A stretch of DNA of 64,000 bases from the NCBI GenBank assembly GCA_951406725.2, contig OX597831.1, forward strand, positions 43,524,001 to 43,588,000, in the 5' to 3' direction. This document shows, piece by piece, positions 30,042 to 46,158 of this stretch. The notes beneath the pieces were generated by a model. It made no database searches. It had not been told where the DNA came from and saw nothing but the letters and a program-made list of their open reading frames with translations. Both the position numbers and the translations under genes were made by a program. Position 1 is the first letter of the stretch; every line of letters begins with the position of its first letter. The DNA is from Octopus vulgaris (Eukaryota).

Positions 30042-31200
30042 CATGCAAACATCTTCAATGAAAAGACAAAACAGTGGTGGTGGTGGTGGTGGCGGGGAAA
30101 TAAAAATAAAAAAAACGAAAATAAAAATATGAAAAATGATTGCATTTTTTTTACTTCAGGAAAGAAAAAAAGCAGAATGTAGTAGAAGAGCCAAGAGTGA
30201 GAGGGAGAAGGAGATTGAAGATGATAGAGGGAGTTTGAGTAAGCATGAGAGAAAGAGAGAGAGAAATGAGTGGATGGATGAGTAAAGATTTGGTGATGCA
30301 ATGATTGATGAGAGGGAAGATGGGGAGCTAAGAAAAACTAAAAAATTAAAATTTGTAAGTTTTACTCAATGCATTAAAATATCTTGTATAGAACAACAGC
30401 GTGGGTAAACTTTTAAGGCTGGATGTTAACCAGAAAGCAGATAATGAAGATGTTTTAAATACGCAAAGATTGGAAAATTACATGGCTTTATGGCTTTGCT
30501 ATGAATGAAAGTCAATTTATTTATATAAACCAACTAAATCTGATAGACAATCTTAGATAAGAATTATATGGTAGAAAAGTTTATCCATCTAACCAAGTTA
30601 AGTTACATAAAATTTGCTTGGATAATAATGGACTGGTATATTCAGAATCAGAAAGGAGTTTATGAAATAAATGTTTGAGTATTAAAGCTTGAAGTTAATT
30701 TGAGGTTAAGAATTAAGGTATTTGCTGTTAGATGAATGATGAGAGATTATCTAAATATTTGATAATGATGGTAAAGAATATGAAGATGAAATTGTGAATG
30801 AAGATCAGTAGTATTAGAATGAAATTCAATCACAGGAATTTGATATTCTTGGATATAGGTAAGATGAATGATTTTTTTTTATTTTCTTTGTTATAAATAT
30901 ATCTTAAACTTGAAAAATAAATTTTTGGTCCTATTGGATTATTTAAAAAAAAAAAAGAAAAGAAAAGAAAAAGAAAACAACTTGTACATTATTGTCACCA
31001 TGTATGTACTTATAATTTTTCTTTGGTTATTTTGATAGCACCTTTTAGAAAATTTCAGTTAGCTTAAAAAAAAACAAAAAAACATTGACCTACATTATTG
31101 GATGGAAGGAAACACAGATGGATACATAGAAATATATCTCTATATATACCCATCTTTATTACATGTATATTTTATACATATATACATAAACACACACATA

Positions 31201-31276
<76 letters not shown>

Positions 31277-31340
31277 TATATACACACATACATACATACA
31301 CACACACATACACACATATGTATGTATGTATATATGTATA

Positions 31341-31375
<35 letters not shown>

Positions 31376-32124
31376 GTGTATGTATATGTATACACACACA
31401 TGTATATGTATATTGAGAGAGACAGAGGAGAGAGAGAGAGAGAGAGAGAAAGAGAAAGAGTAAAGGAATAAAGAATGGTCAGAAAGAGAAAAAAGAGAAT
31501 GGTCGGGAAGAAAAAAAAAAAGGAAAGAGTATTATCCAAGTCCAACGAAATGCAAGACATTTCGTTGATAATTTCCCTGTGAAAGAATTGGTGCGGTGAA
31601 TAAAATAGGAACAGTTGACTGTGGTGTATTGTTTGGCATTTGGATTTAGAGAAATTAAAAATAATAAATAGGATTTAATTGAACAAAAAAAATATAAATA
31701 AATGCAAAAAAATCAAAAACAACCCCCACCAAAAATAAAAAAAAACATGATTTTGACTGGATTTTTTTTCTTCTATAATATGTCATGAACAAAATATAAT
31801 GGATGAGACTAAATGGTGTTTGGATGAGAAATTCATGATGTTTTGGGAGTAAAATCCATGGCAACTTGGAAGCAGAATTCAGAGTTTCCAGGATGAATGT
31901 ATGATGACTGTTCAGCTTGAAGATTCTATTCGGTATGCATCGGCGAGGTAGGATCTTTTTCAGCTGGGGGTAGAGCAAGTGACATATCGGAAATTGGAAC
32001 AGTGGTTCATATGACGATGAAGAGTGATCATGAGTTGAGTATTTGCTTTGGTGTTTTTTTTTTCTTTTGAAAGAAAATAATAATGATAATAATAATAATA
32101 ATAATAATAATAACTATAGTAATA

Positions 32125-32338
32125 ATCCTTTCTATTGTAGGCACAAGACCTGAAAATTTAGGGTAGGGGGATAGTCGATGACATCGACCCCAGTGCGTAA
32201 CTGGTACTTGTTTCATCGGCCCTGAAAGGATGAAAGGCAAAGTCGACCTCGGCGGAATTTGAACTCAGAACGTAAAGGCAGACGAAATACCGCTAAGCAT
32301 TTCATCCAGCGTACTAACGATTCTGCCAGCTCTCCGCC

Positions 32339-32340
<2 letters not shown>
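32125..32340 (-). mobile_element. Family B SINE in the putative 3'UTR, flanked by (TAA)n
   Basis: Near-consensus copy. Confidence 0.9.
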
Positions 32341-32392
<52 letters not shown>

Positions 32393-33637
32393 GTGATGAT
32401 GATAAAATACAAGACTGAATATAACAAGGATTAGTACAGAAATTAGAAAGGAATATTATTGTCATTTCTTTTTCTTTGTAAAAAAAAAAAATGGTTAAAG
32501 TGCATATTCTTATGAGGTGACAATTGAATGATTTCTATAAGGTAATGAAAAGGTTGATGATGATGATGATGATGATGACGATGGTGATGGTGATGATGAG
32601 TGTCACTTGGGAAATGCTGCCATTGTTGTTGCTTCACATTATCTAGGAAATTATAAATAGGATGCTGTGTGGCAGAAGAATCAAGGAATGAAATGATTGA
32701 TGATTGATGATTGATGATCAGTGATTTTAGAGTGAGTCAGAGGATATAGATCTATTTTGCGAAAAACCATCCTGATGAATGGCGGGAAACTAATTCATTA
32801 CCTAAATCTATTCAAGATGTTAATTAGTAAATAATAAGCCATTAAGTAATTTAACAATCTTTGGCTGATATTGAGATCTTTTCAGCGTAGAATCTCAGCT
32901 GACCACATTCCTTTAGAGTTAACGAGAAGCAGTCAGGTAAGAAAGGCCACAGACATTCTCATGCTATTTGCAGCATTGCATTCCTTCTATGTAATTAAAA
33001 AAAAAAAAAGCACGTACAACAGACATGGATAACTCAGCATTAAAGAGATTTACCATTTTTTGTACCAAAACATTAGAAATTAATGACCTCCATATAAGAG
33101 ATATGCACAGATATATTTTTGGTTGGCACAGTTTGGTAGCATTTTCCCCTCCCTCTGTTTTGCCATGTTTCGTACTTTTTCCTATTTTGTAGGAATATGC
33201 TAATATACTGACTCTGGACAATAATTTTCGATGCCTTTGAAAACTTTAATAAGTAGAAATGTTCTTTGCAATTTCATTTTTTTTCTTTTATAAATATTTT
33301 TGTCCAACGTTTAGATTATTATTATTATTTTTTTTTTTTCAATGATCCAACCAACAACATGGTTTTTCATTAGAGACTTCGTTTTGTATAATGCAAGGTG
33401 AGAAATGTTGAATTCAGTTAGAAAAGAATGCCCGTTTACATCCGAGACATTTTGTCATTATAGCAATCTTGAATTGGTTAGGTGAGCTTGACGGCACAAA
33501 ATACTTGCAAGATACGGTATTTATCCAGGACAATTTAGCTGAGTTAATTTACTACCGGGGATGACTCCAGTTATAAACCAACAGATTCTTTACAGAAAAT
33601 AGAATCCAAAAGTTTTTTCTCATATATATGTATATAA

Positions 33638-33680
<43 letters not shown>

Positions 33681-33693
33681 AGTGTGTGTATTC

Positions 33694-33753
<60 letters not shown>

Positions 33754-34137
33754 GTATGTATGTATATATATCTCCCATTCAACAACACTTCCCATCCCAC
33801 TCTAACCTTAAATATATTTTCTTTTACAACCAATTTGAGGCCAAGTAAAACTGCGAGATCTACACTTTCAATAGAGGGTGATAAAATAAAAGCATCTTAC
33901 CACATCCCTCTCATTTCTACAAGTTATTAAAAGCAGGAAATCATAATCCGTAGGTCCTATATGATACATGCTTCTATCTGAACCACTATTTATTGGATGC
34001 AATTCTAAGAGAGTGGACTTCACAACAAAATAAAGATGTAGCACCAACATTAAAGAAAGACAAGTTGATTTTTGTGGTAGGTGAGACTAAATAAAATGAC
34101 TTTTGCCTTTTTTTTTTAATGTTTTCTTTCTGTAAAA

Positions 34138-35430
34138 TTATTTGATATGGCTTGTTAGATGACAGTTGAAGTCAATGCGGTCTTTGCAAATAATGTGACA
34201 AATGCCACAACGGAAAGGCTCTCCATTGTGTGAATGAAAGCCGTTGTGTAGGACATAGGTGGAACAGTCATCAAAAACAATGTGGCAGTGAACACATTTG
34301 AAAACCTTGCCCTTCAAGATGAGATAAGTCAGCATTGATTGATCATCAGCATCTCTGTCTTTCTGGCTCATTACAACTAATCCAGGGGAGGGACTTGAAG
34401 ATTGTGGAGCATTGTCATAGTCACTGCCGTTAGTGCTACTACATCGGCGCATTGGATGTTTCTGTTTGCGAGTATTGGTCGATGATGAGGTCGAAGAGGA
34501 TGAGGGCATCATTCGAGAGTTGAGATTGAGACGAGTTATGGCAGATGGCAATTGCTGTCCTCCATCTTCATGGGGTGCAATGTTATCTGGAAGAAGAGCA
34601 CCATCAGGAGATTTGGAACTACATATACTGGAATTTTCTGGAGATTGGTGAGGGAGATTAGTAGCTGTTATGTCAGCATCTACCAAATTATCATAATGTG
34701 AAGTTTCATATCGAAAGATTTGATTACTGTTGGTTTCACGATTACTACTACTAATTATAGATTCTGAACTGAAACGACGATGACGGTTTACTGTTGTAAT
34801 CATGTCCACTGGTTCTTGGTTGGGAGGGATGTTTTCTTGTCCTTCCGAGATCTCTGATTTTTTAATATTTTCTGAATGTAATGAATGAGTGGAGAGATCT
34901 TCTGGATGGTCCATTGAGGGAGTGAATGATTTAGAGTTAATTGACTGGGCAATGGAGTTAATGGACTGTGGAACAAATGCATTAAGAGATGGAGCATTGG
35001 ACATTGGGGAGAGAGAGACTTTAGCTAAAGATTTACTCACATCTGGACTGTTATAAGCTAATGGTATATGACTAGAGTAATCAGGTTTACCTTCATCAGG
35101 GTCAATGATTAAGGATCCTGGTGGAGTGCTTGCCCCTGTGTGATCATAATCCCCATTGGGCATTCCTATGTCAGTACCTTGCCCATCAGAAAGAGAATAT
35201 ATCAAGGCTGGATTATACTGATTGGCATGGTGGGTGGCTACGTGGTCCTGTAGTTCAGGCCAAGATCCAAATGTCATTTGACAAAGTCGGCACCGTCGAT
35301 ATGTCATGCTCATGTGTCGGCGTTCATGCATTTTGTAGCTTCCACATTGGGCAAAAGTGCGGCCACAAATTTTACACTGATAAGGCTTTTCACCAGTGTG
35401 TACTCTCTCGTGGGTACGTAATGTACCAAC
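34138..35430 (-). CDS. C2H2 zinc-finger TF, last coding exon (fingers 4-6, Ser-rich linker, Ikaros/Hunchback-type C-terminal finger pair)
   Basis: Acceptor ttcttttgtag|GTT at 35430; 1293 nt to TAA. Reads VGTLRTHERVHTGEKPYQCKIC into the 397-aa ORF. The C-terminus FKCVHCHIVFDDCSTYVLHNGFH..PFRCGIC....DRIDFNCHLTSH fits the Ikaros/Hunchback dimerisation-finger pattern. Confidence 0.96.
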   Translation of the reverse strand, partial: VGTLRTHERVHTGEKPYQCKICGRTFAQCGSYKMHERRHMSMTYRRCRLCQMTFGSWPELQDHVATHHANQYNPALIYSLSDGQGTDIGMPNGDYDHTGASTPPGSLIIDPDEGKPDYSSHIPLAYNSPDVSKSLAKVSLSPMSNAPSLNAFVPQSINSIAQSINSKSFTPSMDHPEDLSTHSLHSENIKKSEISEGQENIPPNQEPVDMITTVNRHRRFSSESIISSSNRETNSNQIFRYETSHYDNLVDADITATNLPHQSPENSSICSSKSPDGALLPDNIAPHEDGGQQLPSAITRLNLNSRMMPSSSSTSSSTNTRKQKHPMRRCSSTNGSDYDNAPQSSSPSPGLVVMSQKDRDADDQSMLTYLILKGKVFKCVHCHIVFDDCSTYVLHNGFHSHNGEPFRCGICHIICKDRIDFNCHLTSHIK

Positions 35431-35679
35431 CTACAAAAGAAAAAAAAAGAATAGTGATGAGATTATGAAAATTGAAATAAAGAGTTAGTTTTCAATCAGT
35501 AATTTTTTTACTTTAGGGTAGCTGAAGGAAATATTTGATTGACAGTAAATACATCGTTAACCCCATTTCCAACCATATTAATGTTGAAATGCAGTGCCTT
35601 TATTTCAATTAATTTAGTTAAGAAAAAGCAAAATATGAATTTAAGAACAGTAGCTGTTATTATTATTGGTTTGAAATTA

Positions 35680-36375
35680 AGGCAGCAAGCTGGCAGAATT
35701 GTTAACGTGCTGGACAGAATGCTTAGCAGTTTTTCACCCGTCACTGCGTTCTGAGTTCAAATTCCAACCAAGGTTGACTTTACTTTTCATCCTTTCATCA
35801 TCATCATCATCGTTCAACGTCCGTTTTCCATGCTAGCATGGGTTGGACAGTTCAACTGGAGTCTGGGAAGCCAGAAGGCTGCGCCAGGCCCAGTCTGATC
35901 TGGCAGTGTTTCTACAGCTGGATACCCTTCCTAACGCCAACCACTCCGTGAGTGTAGTGGGTGCTTTTTATGCGCCACCTGCACAGGTGCCAGACGAGGC
36001 TGGCAAACGGCCACGATCGGATGGTGCTTTTTACGTGCCACCGGCACGGGGGCCAGACGAGGCTGGGTTGATAAATAATGCACCAGTTTAATTCACTGTG
36101 GTAGATGTAATCGACTTAATCCCCTCCCCCAGGCTGCCCTTGTGGAAAAAATTTGAAATCATGATAGGCTTGAAATTTTAGCACAAGGCCAGCAATTTCA
36201 GGAGAAAAAAGTCAGTTACATCGACCCCGGTGCTCAATTGGTACTTATTTTATTGACTCAGAAAGGATGAATGGCAAAGTCGACCTTGGTGGAATTCGAA
36301 CACAGAACATAAAGACATGAAATACCATTAAGCATTTTTTCTGATGTGCTAATGGTTCTGTTAGCTTGCTGCCTG
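35680..36375. mobile_element. Family B SINE (+) interrupted by an RTE-tail element (35797-36070, -), followed by a family B copy (-)
   Basis: (CAT)n tail with aacgtccgttttccatgctagcatgggttggac. The SINE halves lie either side, and the opposite-orientation SINE spans 36170-36375. Confidence 0.8.
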
Positions 36376-37344
36376 AACTTTCATTATTATTAATCTAGTG
36401 TCTGAGACCTTGTACCTCCAGTATAAAGGATTATTAATCTAGTATCTGAAGCATAAATTACAATGGAATTTTGACGGAAATTTTTGATTTAGAAAATTAT
36501 TAAACAGGCAATTTGTATAATAGAACCAGAGGAACAAGAGGCAGTTCTATGGAGGTTGGTATCAAAAGGGTTAATGGAGAATGTGTGCTGACCATAGCTC
36601 ATTAACTCAGGGTCCTCTTTCAGGAGATTGTAATATTTCAAACCTCAATTCTTTAAGGCAAAATATAATTTCAACCTCATTTAACACAAACCTTTCTCTC
36701 CCCACCCTCTCCCTCTCTCCTGTTCATTCTTATTCATCACTCACATGGAACCATATGAGACTATCATTAAACCCACTCTTTCAGTTAAAATACATTCCCA
36801 ATTTAAACTAGTCTTAAGAATCTCTACAGAGAAAGAAACTACATCGAATTTTATTTATCGCTCCTTAAATGATTACATCATCTACATAATGTCTACAATA
36901 CCTATTGTTAATAATTCTTACCATTTCACAAACTATGTCCTTACAGGGAAGGAACTGATAACATTGAGAGCTTGGACAGAGACAAGCTCTGAGAATTTGT
37001 TGTTTGAATAACATTATTACACGCCATTAATATTTGGCTGTTGCCATAGAATTATTGACAATCGAATAATATACATGCATACATATACACATGCATACAT
37101 ACATACATTAAGGCTATCATTGGTTTCATGTTAAGAAAAATTGGAAAACATGTTAAAATCTTAACAATTTTTCATGTTGATCACATGGAAGAATAGTGCT
37201 CATCTCCATTTTGCATAAACAAATAAAGACACTCTATCCACCAATGTTGGGTTGAGCACTCATTTTCATCGTTTGACATTGCCTAATAGTGGTTTTATCT
37301 CTAATTCATATTTTATATATATATTAAAAAATATATATATATAT

Positions 37345-37545
37345 ACATGATAGATCGTTAGCTACTACACACATTTTTTTTCTCGCCTTGTTTTTTTCTG
37401 TGTATCTTTCTGTAGAAGAGCGTAGGCTCGAAACGTAAAAGATTTTTTCTGTTCCTGAGCCCTATACTAATACACTTGTTTGTTTGTACACCACCTGCCT
37501 TCATCTTTTCATCTTTTGTTTATTTTCGTAAACTTTCCCTTTATA
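37345..37545 (+). mobile_element. Penelope-like terminal-repeat fragment with a hammerhead-like motif (37404-37443), between TA tracts
   Basis: atcttt CTGTAGA a gagc gtag gctc GAAAC GTA aaagat. Confidence 0.55.
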
Positions 37546-38454
37546 TATATATATAAAATTGCAAACATGGCTGTGGAGTTAAGTTTGCTTCAGAACCATG
37601 TGGTTCTGGTTTCAATCCCACTGCAAAGTTCTTTGCAGGAGATGCAATCATGGGTAATCTGTGACCAGTGGGACTTTCTGAATGGTACACCTAACAATAA
37701 ATTACCTTGAATGCTTTTTTAACAGTGTGGCCCACCTGGTGATGAGCCATGTTTCAATTGGCCTGCTTCCCAAAGAAAAAGTTACCTGTGCTTGTTCTAT
37801 AGCCTCGGGTTGACCATTAACTTGGCCAGATTGCCATGAAAGAATATGCAACAAGAGTAGCCCTTTGAATTAAACTGTGTGAAAGCCCATCTATTCGATG
37901 GGTTTTCACACAGTTTCCATCGACCTAGTTGATGTTACATGCAATTATATATAGCTTTATATGCTTCGAGATCCACTGTTCCAAAAAACGAATTATTTCA
38001 CATCCTCTAGAAAGATTATAAATTCTTATGATATCAACAATAATGATGGTTGTTTTAATGCATATTAATGATGATAATAATAAAAAACGGTACATGTAGT
38101 TATCGTGATGGTCATAATGTTGGTATTGGTGGTGGTGGTGGTGGTGATGATGATGATGATGATGATGATGACATGAAATGGTTATCATAATCACTTTTAT
38201 TGAAAATAATTTGAGTTTTTTTGCTTTTGAAATTTATTAGATCTGAGTAAGAAACTAACAAAAGAAAAAGAAAATTAATAAATAAAATAAAAAGCCAAAA
38301 TGTGAAGAAAGTTCTAGAAGCCTCTTCATCAGCAAAATATAATATCACCACATTCTTGTACATTTGCATAAAATTATACGCTTCAAACTTCAATACTCAC
38401 TTTTCTTCAAGACATAGAAATTTATGCAAATTTATGAATGTCAACAATAATAAT

Positions 38455-39104
38455 GGTCTTAAATTTTGGCTCAAGGCCTGGAATTTTAGAGGAATAGCTA
38501 AGTTGATTACATTGTACTCAGTGCTCAACATGTACATGTTTTATTAGTCCCTGAAAGGATGAAAATCAAATTTGACCTTAGTAGAATTTGAACTCATAAT
38601 GTTAAAGAGTTGGCAGGAATATTGCTAAGCATTTTCTTCAACGTGCTGACAATTCTGCCAGCTCATCATCTTAATAATAATGATAATTCTTTCTACTGTA
38701 AGTCTTGAAATTTAGAGGAAGGAGATGGATGATTACACCAACCCCAGTATACAACTGGTACATATTTTATTGACCCTGAAAGGATGAACGGCAAAGTCAC
38801 CTGTAGAATTTTAATTCAGAATGAGTGTTGGGCCTTATGGAAGCAGTGACTAAGACCTTTGACATTATGTCATGCTTGAGAATAAGACCCATCAAGCCGA
38901 GTAAATGCATGGTCATTGTAGACACCAGTGTTATGCAAATGGCATGTAAAAAGACCCTATTATACTCTCGGAGTGGTTGGCGTTAGGAAGGACATCCAGC
39001 CATAGAAAAGCATGCCAGATCAGACATGAGTCTGGTGCAACCTTACAGCTTACCAGCCCTGGTCAAACCGTCCAACCCATGCCAGCATGGACAACAGATG
39101 TTAA

Positions 39105-39145
<41 letters not shown>

Positions 39146-39220
39146 TGTAATGAACGACCCAAAAGAAATATAGTTAGCATTTTGTCTGACATGCAAATGA
39201 GCCTTCTAGATAATAATAAT

Positions 39221-39297
<77 letters not shown>

Positions 39298-40020
39298 CAA
39301 CAATAATAATAATAACGGTTTCTAACAAAGGCACAAACAAGAATTTTGGGGGAAGCGAAAGTTAATTATATTGACCCTAGTATTTCACTGGTACTTTATT
39401 TCACTAACCTACAAGGATAAAAGGGTAAAGACCTCAGTATAATTTGAACTTAGGATGTAAAGGGCTGGAACAACTGCAAAAAGAACTTTTGTACAACATT
39501 CCAATGATTTTACCAGTTCACCATCTATAATAGTGGAGGTGCATTGCTTAGTGGCTCATTCATTACATTTATCATGATCATCATGATCATCATTTAACGT
39601 CTGTTGTCCATGCTGGTATGGGTTGGATGGTTTGACCAGAGCTGGTAAGCTGGAAGGCTGCACCAGACTCCAATCTGATTTGGCATAGTTTTCTACGGCT
39701 GGATGCCCTTCCTAATGCCAACCACTCTGAGAGTACAATAGGTGCTTTTTATGTCCCACTGGCACGGGTGACATTTGCGTGACACTGTTATCTAGTTAAG
39801 GAACCAGGCCTGCAACTTTGAAGGGAAGGGTTAGTTGATTAAAATACCCTCATTATTTGACCCATGGACTCATGACTGTAAGACTGTGATTTCAATTCCT
39901 GGACTGGGCAATGCATTGTATTCTTGAGCAAAACACTTTGTTCCATATTGTCTAAGTCCATTCAGCTGGTACAAAGGAGTAATCCTGTGATGGACTGGCA
40001 TCCAATGCAGGGAGGAATAA
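38455..40020. mobile_element. Cluster of family B SINEs, RTE-tail elements (38830-39140 +, 39575-39790 -), a V-type SINE fragment and (GAT)n/(AAC)n/(AAT)n repeats
   Basis: Shared motifs with other copies in the window. Confidence 0.75.
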
Positions 40021-40021
40021 A

Positions 40022-40583
40022 TATTGGGTTGTCTGGAAAGTTCTTGCCGATTTATAGTAGCTTACCTTTCGACTTATTATAGAACATGGTTGAGTCCATG
40101 AAATAGGATTTGACTACACCTCAATTTAGAGAATAGTTTAAGCTATCTTTTCGCAGAAGAAAGTTGATGTTCCTATAACCTATGTTAATTCTGTAACCCT
40201 TTAAAATGGAAGATAAGAAAGTTCATTTTTGGCACTTGATGCTTTGGGAACCAGACAAAAATTGCTGCAGCTCGGCTGGGATGTGTTACCCCACCCTCCA
40301 TATTCACCAGATATTGCTCCTTCGGATTTCCACTTATTCAGGTCTCTGCAGAATAGTCTTAATGGTAAATATTTCAATTCCTTGGATGGCATAAAAAGAT
40401 AACTTGATGAATTTTTTGCCATGAAACCACCTCACTTCTGGGAATGGGGTATTTTCAAGTTAAAGGCAAGATGGAGACGCATTGTGCAACAAATTGGTTC
40501 ATATTTGGTTGATTAAAAATGTAATGGCAAGTATTTATTGACCTTTTTCTTCCTTTAAAAATCGGCATGAACTTTCTGGACAA
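40022..40583 (+). mobile_element. Internally deleted mariner element (transposase pseudogene)
   Basis: TIRs TA|ttgggttgtctggaaagttcttgccgattt and aaatcggcatgaactttctggacaa. N-terminal MEDKKVHFWHLMLW is joined out of frame to QKLLQLGWDVLPHPPYSPDIAPSDFHLFRSLQNSL...RWRRIVQQIGSY, which carries the YSPDLAP motif and one internal stop. Confidence 0.93.
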
Positions 40584-40896
40584 TGCCACTAAGCATTTCG
40601 CCTGGCGTGCCAATGATTCTGCCAGCTTGCCGCTTTATAAACAATAATGATAATAATAATAATCTTTTCTACTACAGACACAAGGTCTGACATTTTTGTG
40701 GGAGGGGACTAGTTGATTACATCGACCCCAGTGTTGTTTCACTGGTACTTAATTTATCGACCCCGAAAGGATGAAAGGCAAAGTCGACCTCAGCGGAATT
40801 TGAACTCAGAATGTAACGGCAGACGAAATACCGCTAAGCATTTCACCCGGCATGCTAACAATTCTGCTAACTTACTGCTTTATAAACAATAATAAT

Positions 40897-40945
<49 letters not shown>

Positions 40946-41084
40946 TAATAATAATAATAATAATAATAATGATAACAACAGCATCTTTTACCCTTTGGAA
41001 AACACAACACCATGTCTTATATAAACACATAAAAAAAGTTTTTTTTATAAAATGAAAGAAAAGTTATGAAAAACAGAGAGATAC

Positions 41085-41442
41085 CTGTGTAAAAGCTTTC
41101 CCACAAGTCAAACATTTGTAAGGCCTCTCACCAGTATGAATACGTCTATGTGTGGCTAGACTGCTTTGACTAGAGAACATCTTGCCACAAATCTTACAGG
41201 TATTTGATGGCGACTCCGCTTTAATCCGGCGTGGCTGTACCAAGGACGGCAAATTATTGATACTTTGCTTGAGCAGATGAGATTTTTCATCAGTTGCTTC
41301 TGACATCTGACGAGTATGCACCCTCTCATGCTTCTTCCAGTTGCTGGGATCACTAAACTGCTTACCACATACAGAGCAATGGAACGGCTTCTCTCCAGTA
41401 TGGATACGCTCATGAGCTTTCACATAACCAGATTGGGAAAAA
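41085..41442 (-). CDS. C2H2 zinc-finger TF, coding exon 3 (fingers 1-4)
   Basis: Polypyrimidine tract with cctag|T acceptor at 41442 and CAG|gtatct donor at 41085; 358 nt. Contains TGEKPF and TGERPY linkers, CSVC..H..H and CKIC..H..H fingers, and the start of the CLTC finger. Confidence 0.96.
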
Positions 41443-41506
41443 CTAGGTTTGAAGGTCAGAGGGAGGAAAAAGGCATTATTAAAACCAAATGAATATCAAA
41501 ATTACT

Positions 41507-42001
41507 GTGTGTGTGTGAGTGTGTGTGTGTGCGTGTGAGAGGGAGTGTATGTATGTTGTGTGTGTGAAAGAGAAAAAGTGAGTGTATGTATGTCATGCTG
41601 TGTGTGTGTGTGTGTATGTGTGCATATGTGTGTGTGTGAGAGAGTGTGTGTGAGAGTATATCTGTTCCGTGTGTCTATGTGTATGTGGTGAGAGAGAGAG
41701 AGAGGGAGTGTATGTATGTTGTATGTGTGTGAAAGAGAAAGAGTGAGTGTATGTATGTCATGCTGTGTGTGTGTGTGAGAGAGAGATAGAGAGTGTGAGA
41801 GTATGTCTGTTGTGTGTGTGTGTGTGTGAGAGAGAGAGAGTGTATGTTGTGTTTGTGTGTGTGTATGAGTCCATGTGTGTGTGTTTGTGTGAGAGAGAGT
41901 GTGAGAGTATGTCTGCTGTGTGTGTGTGTGTGTGAGTGTGTTTGTGAAAAAGAAAGAGTGAGTGTATCTATCATGTTATGTGTGTGTGTGTGTGTGTGTG
42001 T

Positions 42002-42042
<41 letters not shown>

Positions 42043-42160
42043 TAAATATGTCTGGTGTGTGTGTGTGTGTGTGAGACAGAGACACTGTGTGTGTATGGTT
42101 TGTGTTTGTGTTTGTGGAGAGAGAGAGAGAGGGAGAAAGTGTGTGTATATATTATGCATG

Positions 42161-42206
<46 letters not shown>

Positions 42207-42330
42207 TGTATGCATTTGGTGTTTGTGTGTATGTGAAGTATGTATGTGTGTGTATGTGAGGTATGTATGTGTGAATGTGTGCATCATGCATGTGACGTAT
42301 GCAAGTGAATGTGTAATTGTGTGTTATTAC
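41507..42330. repeat. Complex (GT)/(GA) microsatellite with internal higher-order duplication
   Basis: Direct reading. The block gggagtgtatgtatgttg..gaaagagaaa..gtgagtgtatgtatgtcatgctg occurs twice (~41540 and ~41704). Confidence 0.9.
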
Positions 42331-42604
42331 GGTCATGGCTGAATGGCTAAGAACTTAACGTTGCAAGTATGAGGTTCTGGGTTCAATTTCACAGCATGTC
42401 AACTTGGGCAGGTTGTTTTTAACTTAGCTTCAGATCAAACCAAATCTTGTAATTTAAAGTGGACGAACTGAAACTTAAGAGACAGCTCATTGGATGGACG
42501 GTACCAAATAATTCAAACAGTCCACCCTTATCACACCCATTGTCGCATGCTGCTTCAACCTGAATATTACATTGCCTGTGGAATACTCAGCCACTTGATA
42601 ATCG

Positions 42605-45180
<2,576 letters not shown>

Positions 45181-46058
45181 TCAGCCATTTAATAATACAA
45201 TAGTTCCCTTGTTTAGTTGAATTGGGAAAATGGAATGGTCACCATAGAAACCAGTGATGAAATACATCACCATCATGATTGCTTAGGCTGGTAATAATTG
45301 ATCAGATCTATAATTCAAAACAATCCAGCCATGACTGTATCATTTTTTTTTGTTTCAAACATAACATATCTAGAGCCAGATTATCAAACATAGTCTTACA
45401 TTTTTTACCTTTCTTTCTAAGATGGTAAAATATGATATGAGAGAGAGATTTGGCTGCTGTTTCTAGTGTGTCAAGCAACTGAATCAGTCATGGGCAAACT
45501 GTGGCTCTTGGAACTTTCTGAATGAAGAATTCCCCAAGAAATTTTTTCTTGTGGTGCAGCCCACTTGATGATGAGCCATATCTCATGTGGCCCACATGTT
45601 GAGAAAGGTTGTCCTTGATTGCATTCAATAAAGAATCCATCATTGGGTATGTGTGAGTGTGTATATGTGTGTGTGCATGCACATACATTCTTTTATTCTT
45701 TTTCTTGTTTCAGTCTTTTGACTGTGGCCATGCTGGAGCATCACCTTTGATGTGTGTGCGTGTATATGTATGTATATCTATATGTATATGTGTATGCTAT
45801 GTGCATGTGTGATGCAAATGGATGCATAAATGTGTATGTAATATCATCATGGTTGGTAATATAATCTTTACACACACACACACAGAGAAAAAAAATACAT
45901 TTAAAAATTTCAACACATATCAAAACAAGAGAAAAGAATGTTTATAAGATTATATTTGTCATTGTGAGCTAAAAGCTAGCTTCTAGCTATATCTATCTAT
46001 CTATCTGTACATATATGCATATACATACATGTATGTATATATATATATATATATACAC

Positions 46059-46093
<35 letters not shown>

Positions 46094-46121
46094 TTCATTT
46101 AATTATAAATAGATATATATG

Positions 46122-46155
<34 letters not shown>

Positions 46156-46158
<3 letters not shown>

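Noticed and set aside
32766-32800. CTGATGA..GAAAC hammerhead-like core
   Set aside because: No stem II pairing and no credible stem III, cleavage triplet or stem I.
34433-35468. + strand ORFs overlapping the last exon
   Set aside because: Antisense shadows with no independent splice or domain evidence.
37872-37916. 20-bp-arm hairpin
   Set aside because: Too short for a pre-miRNA and explained by two inverted SINE fragments.
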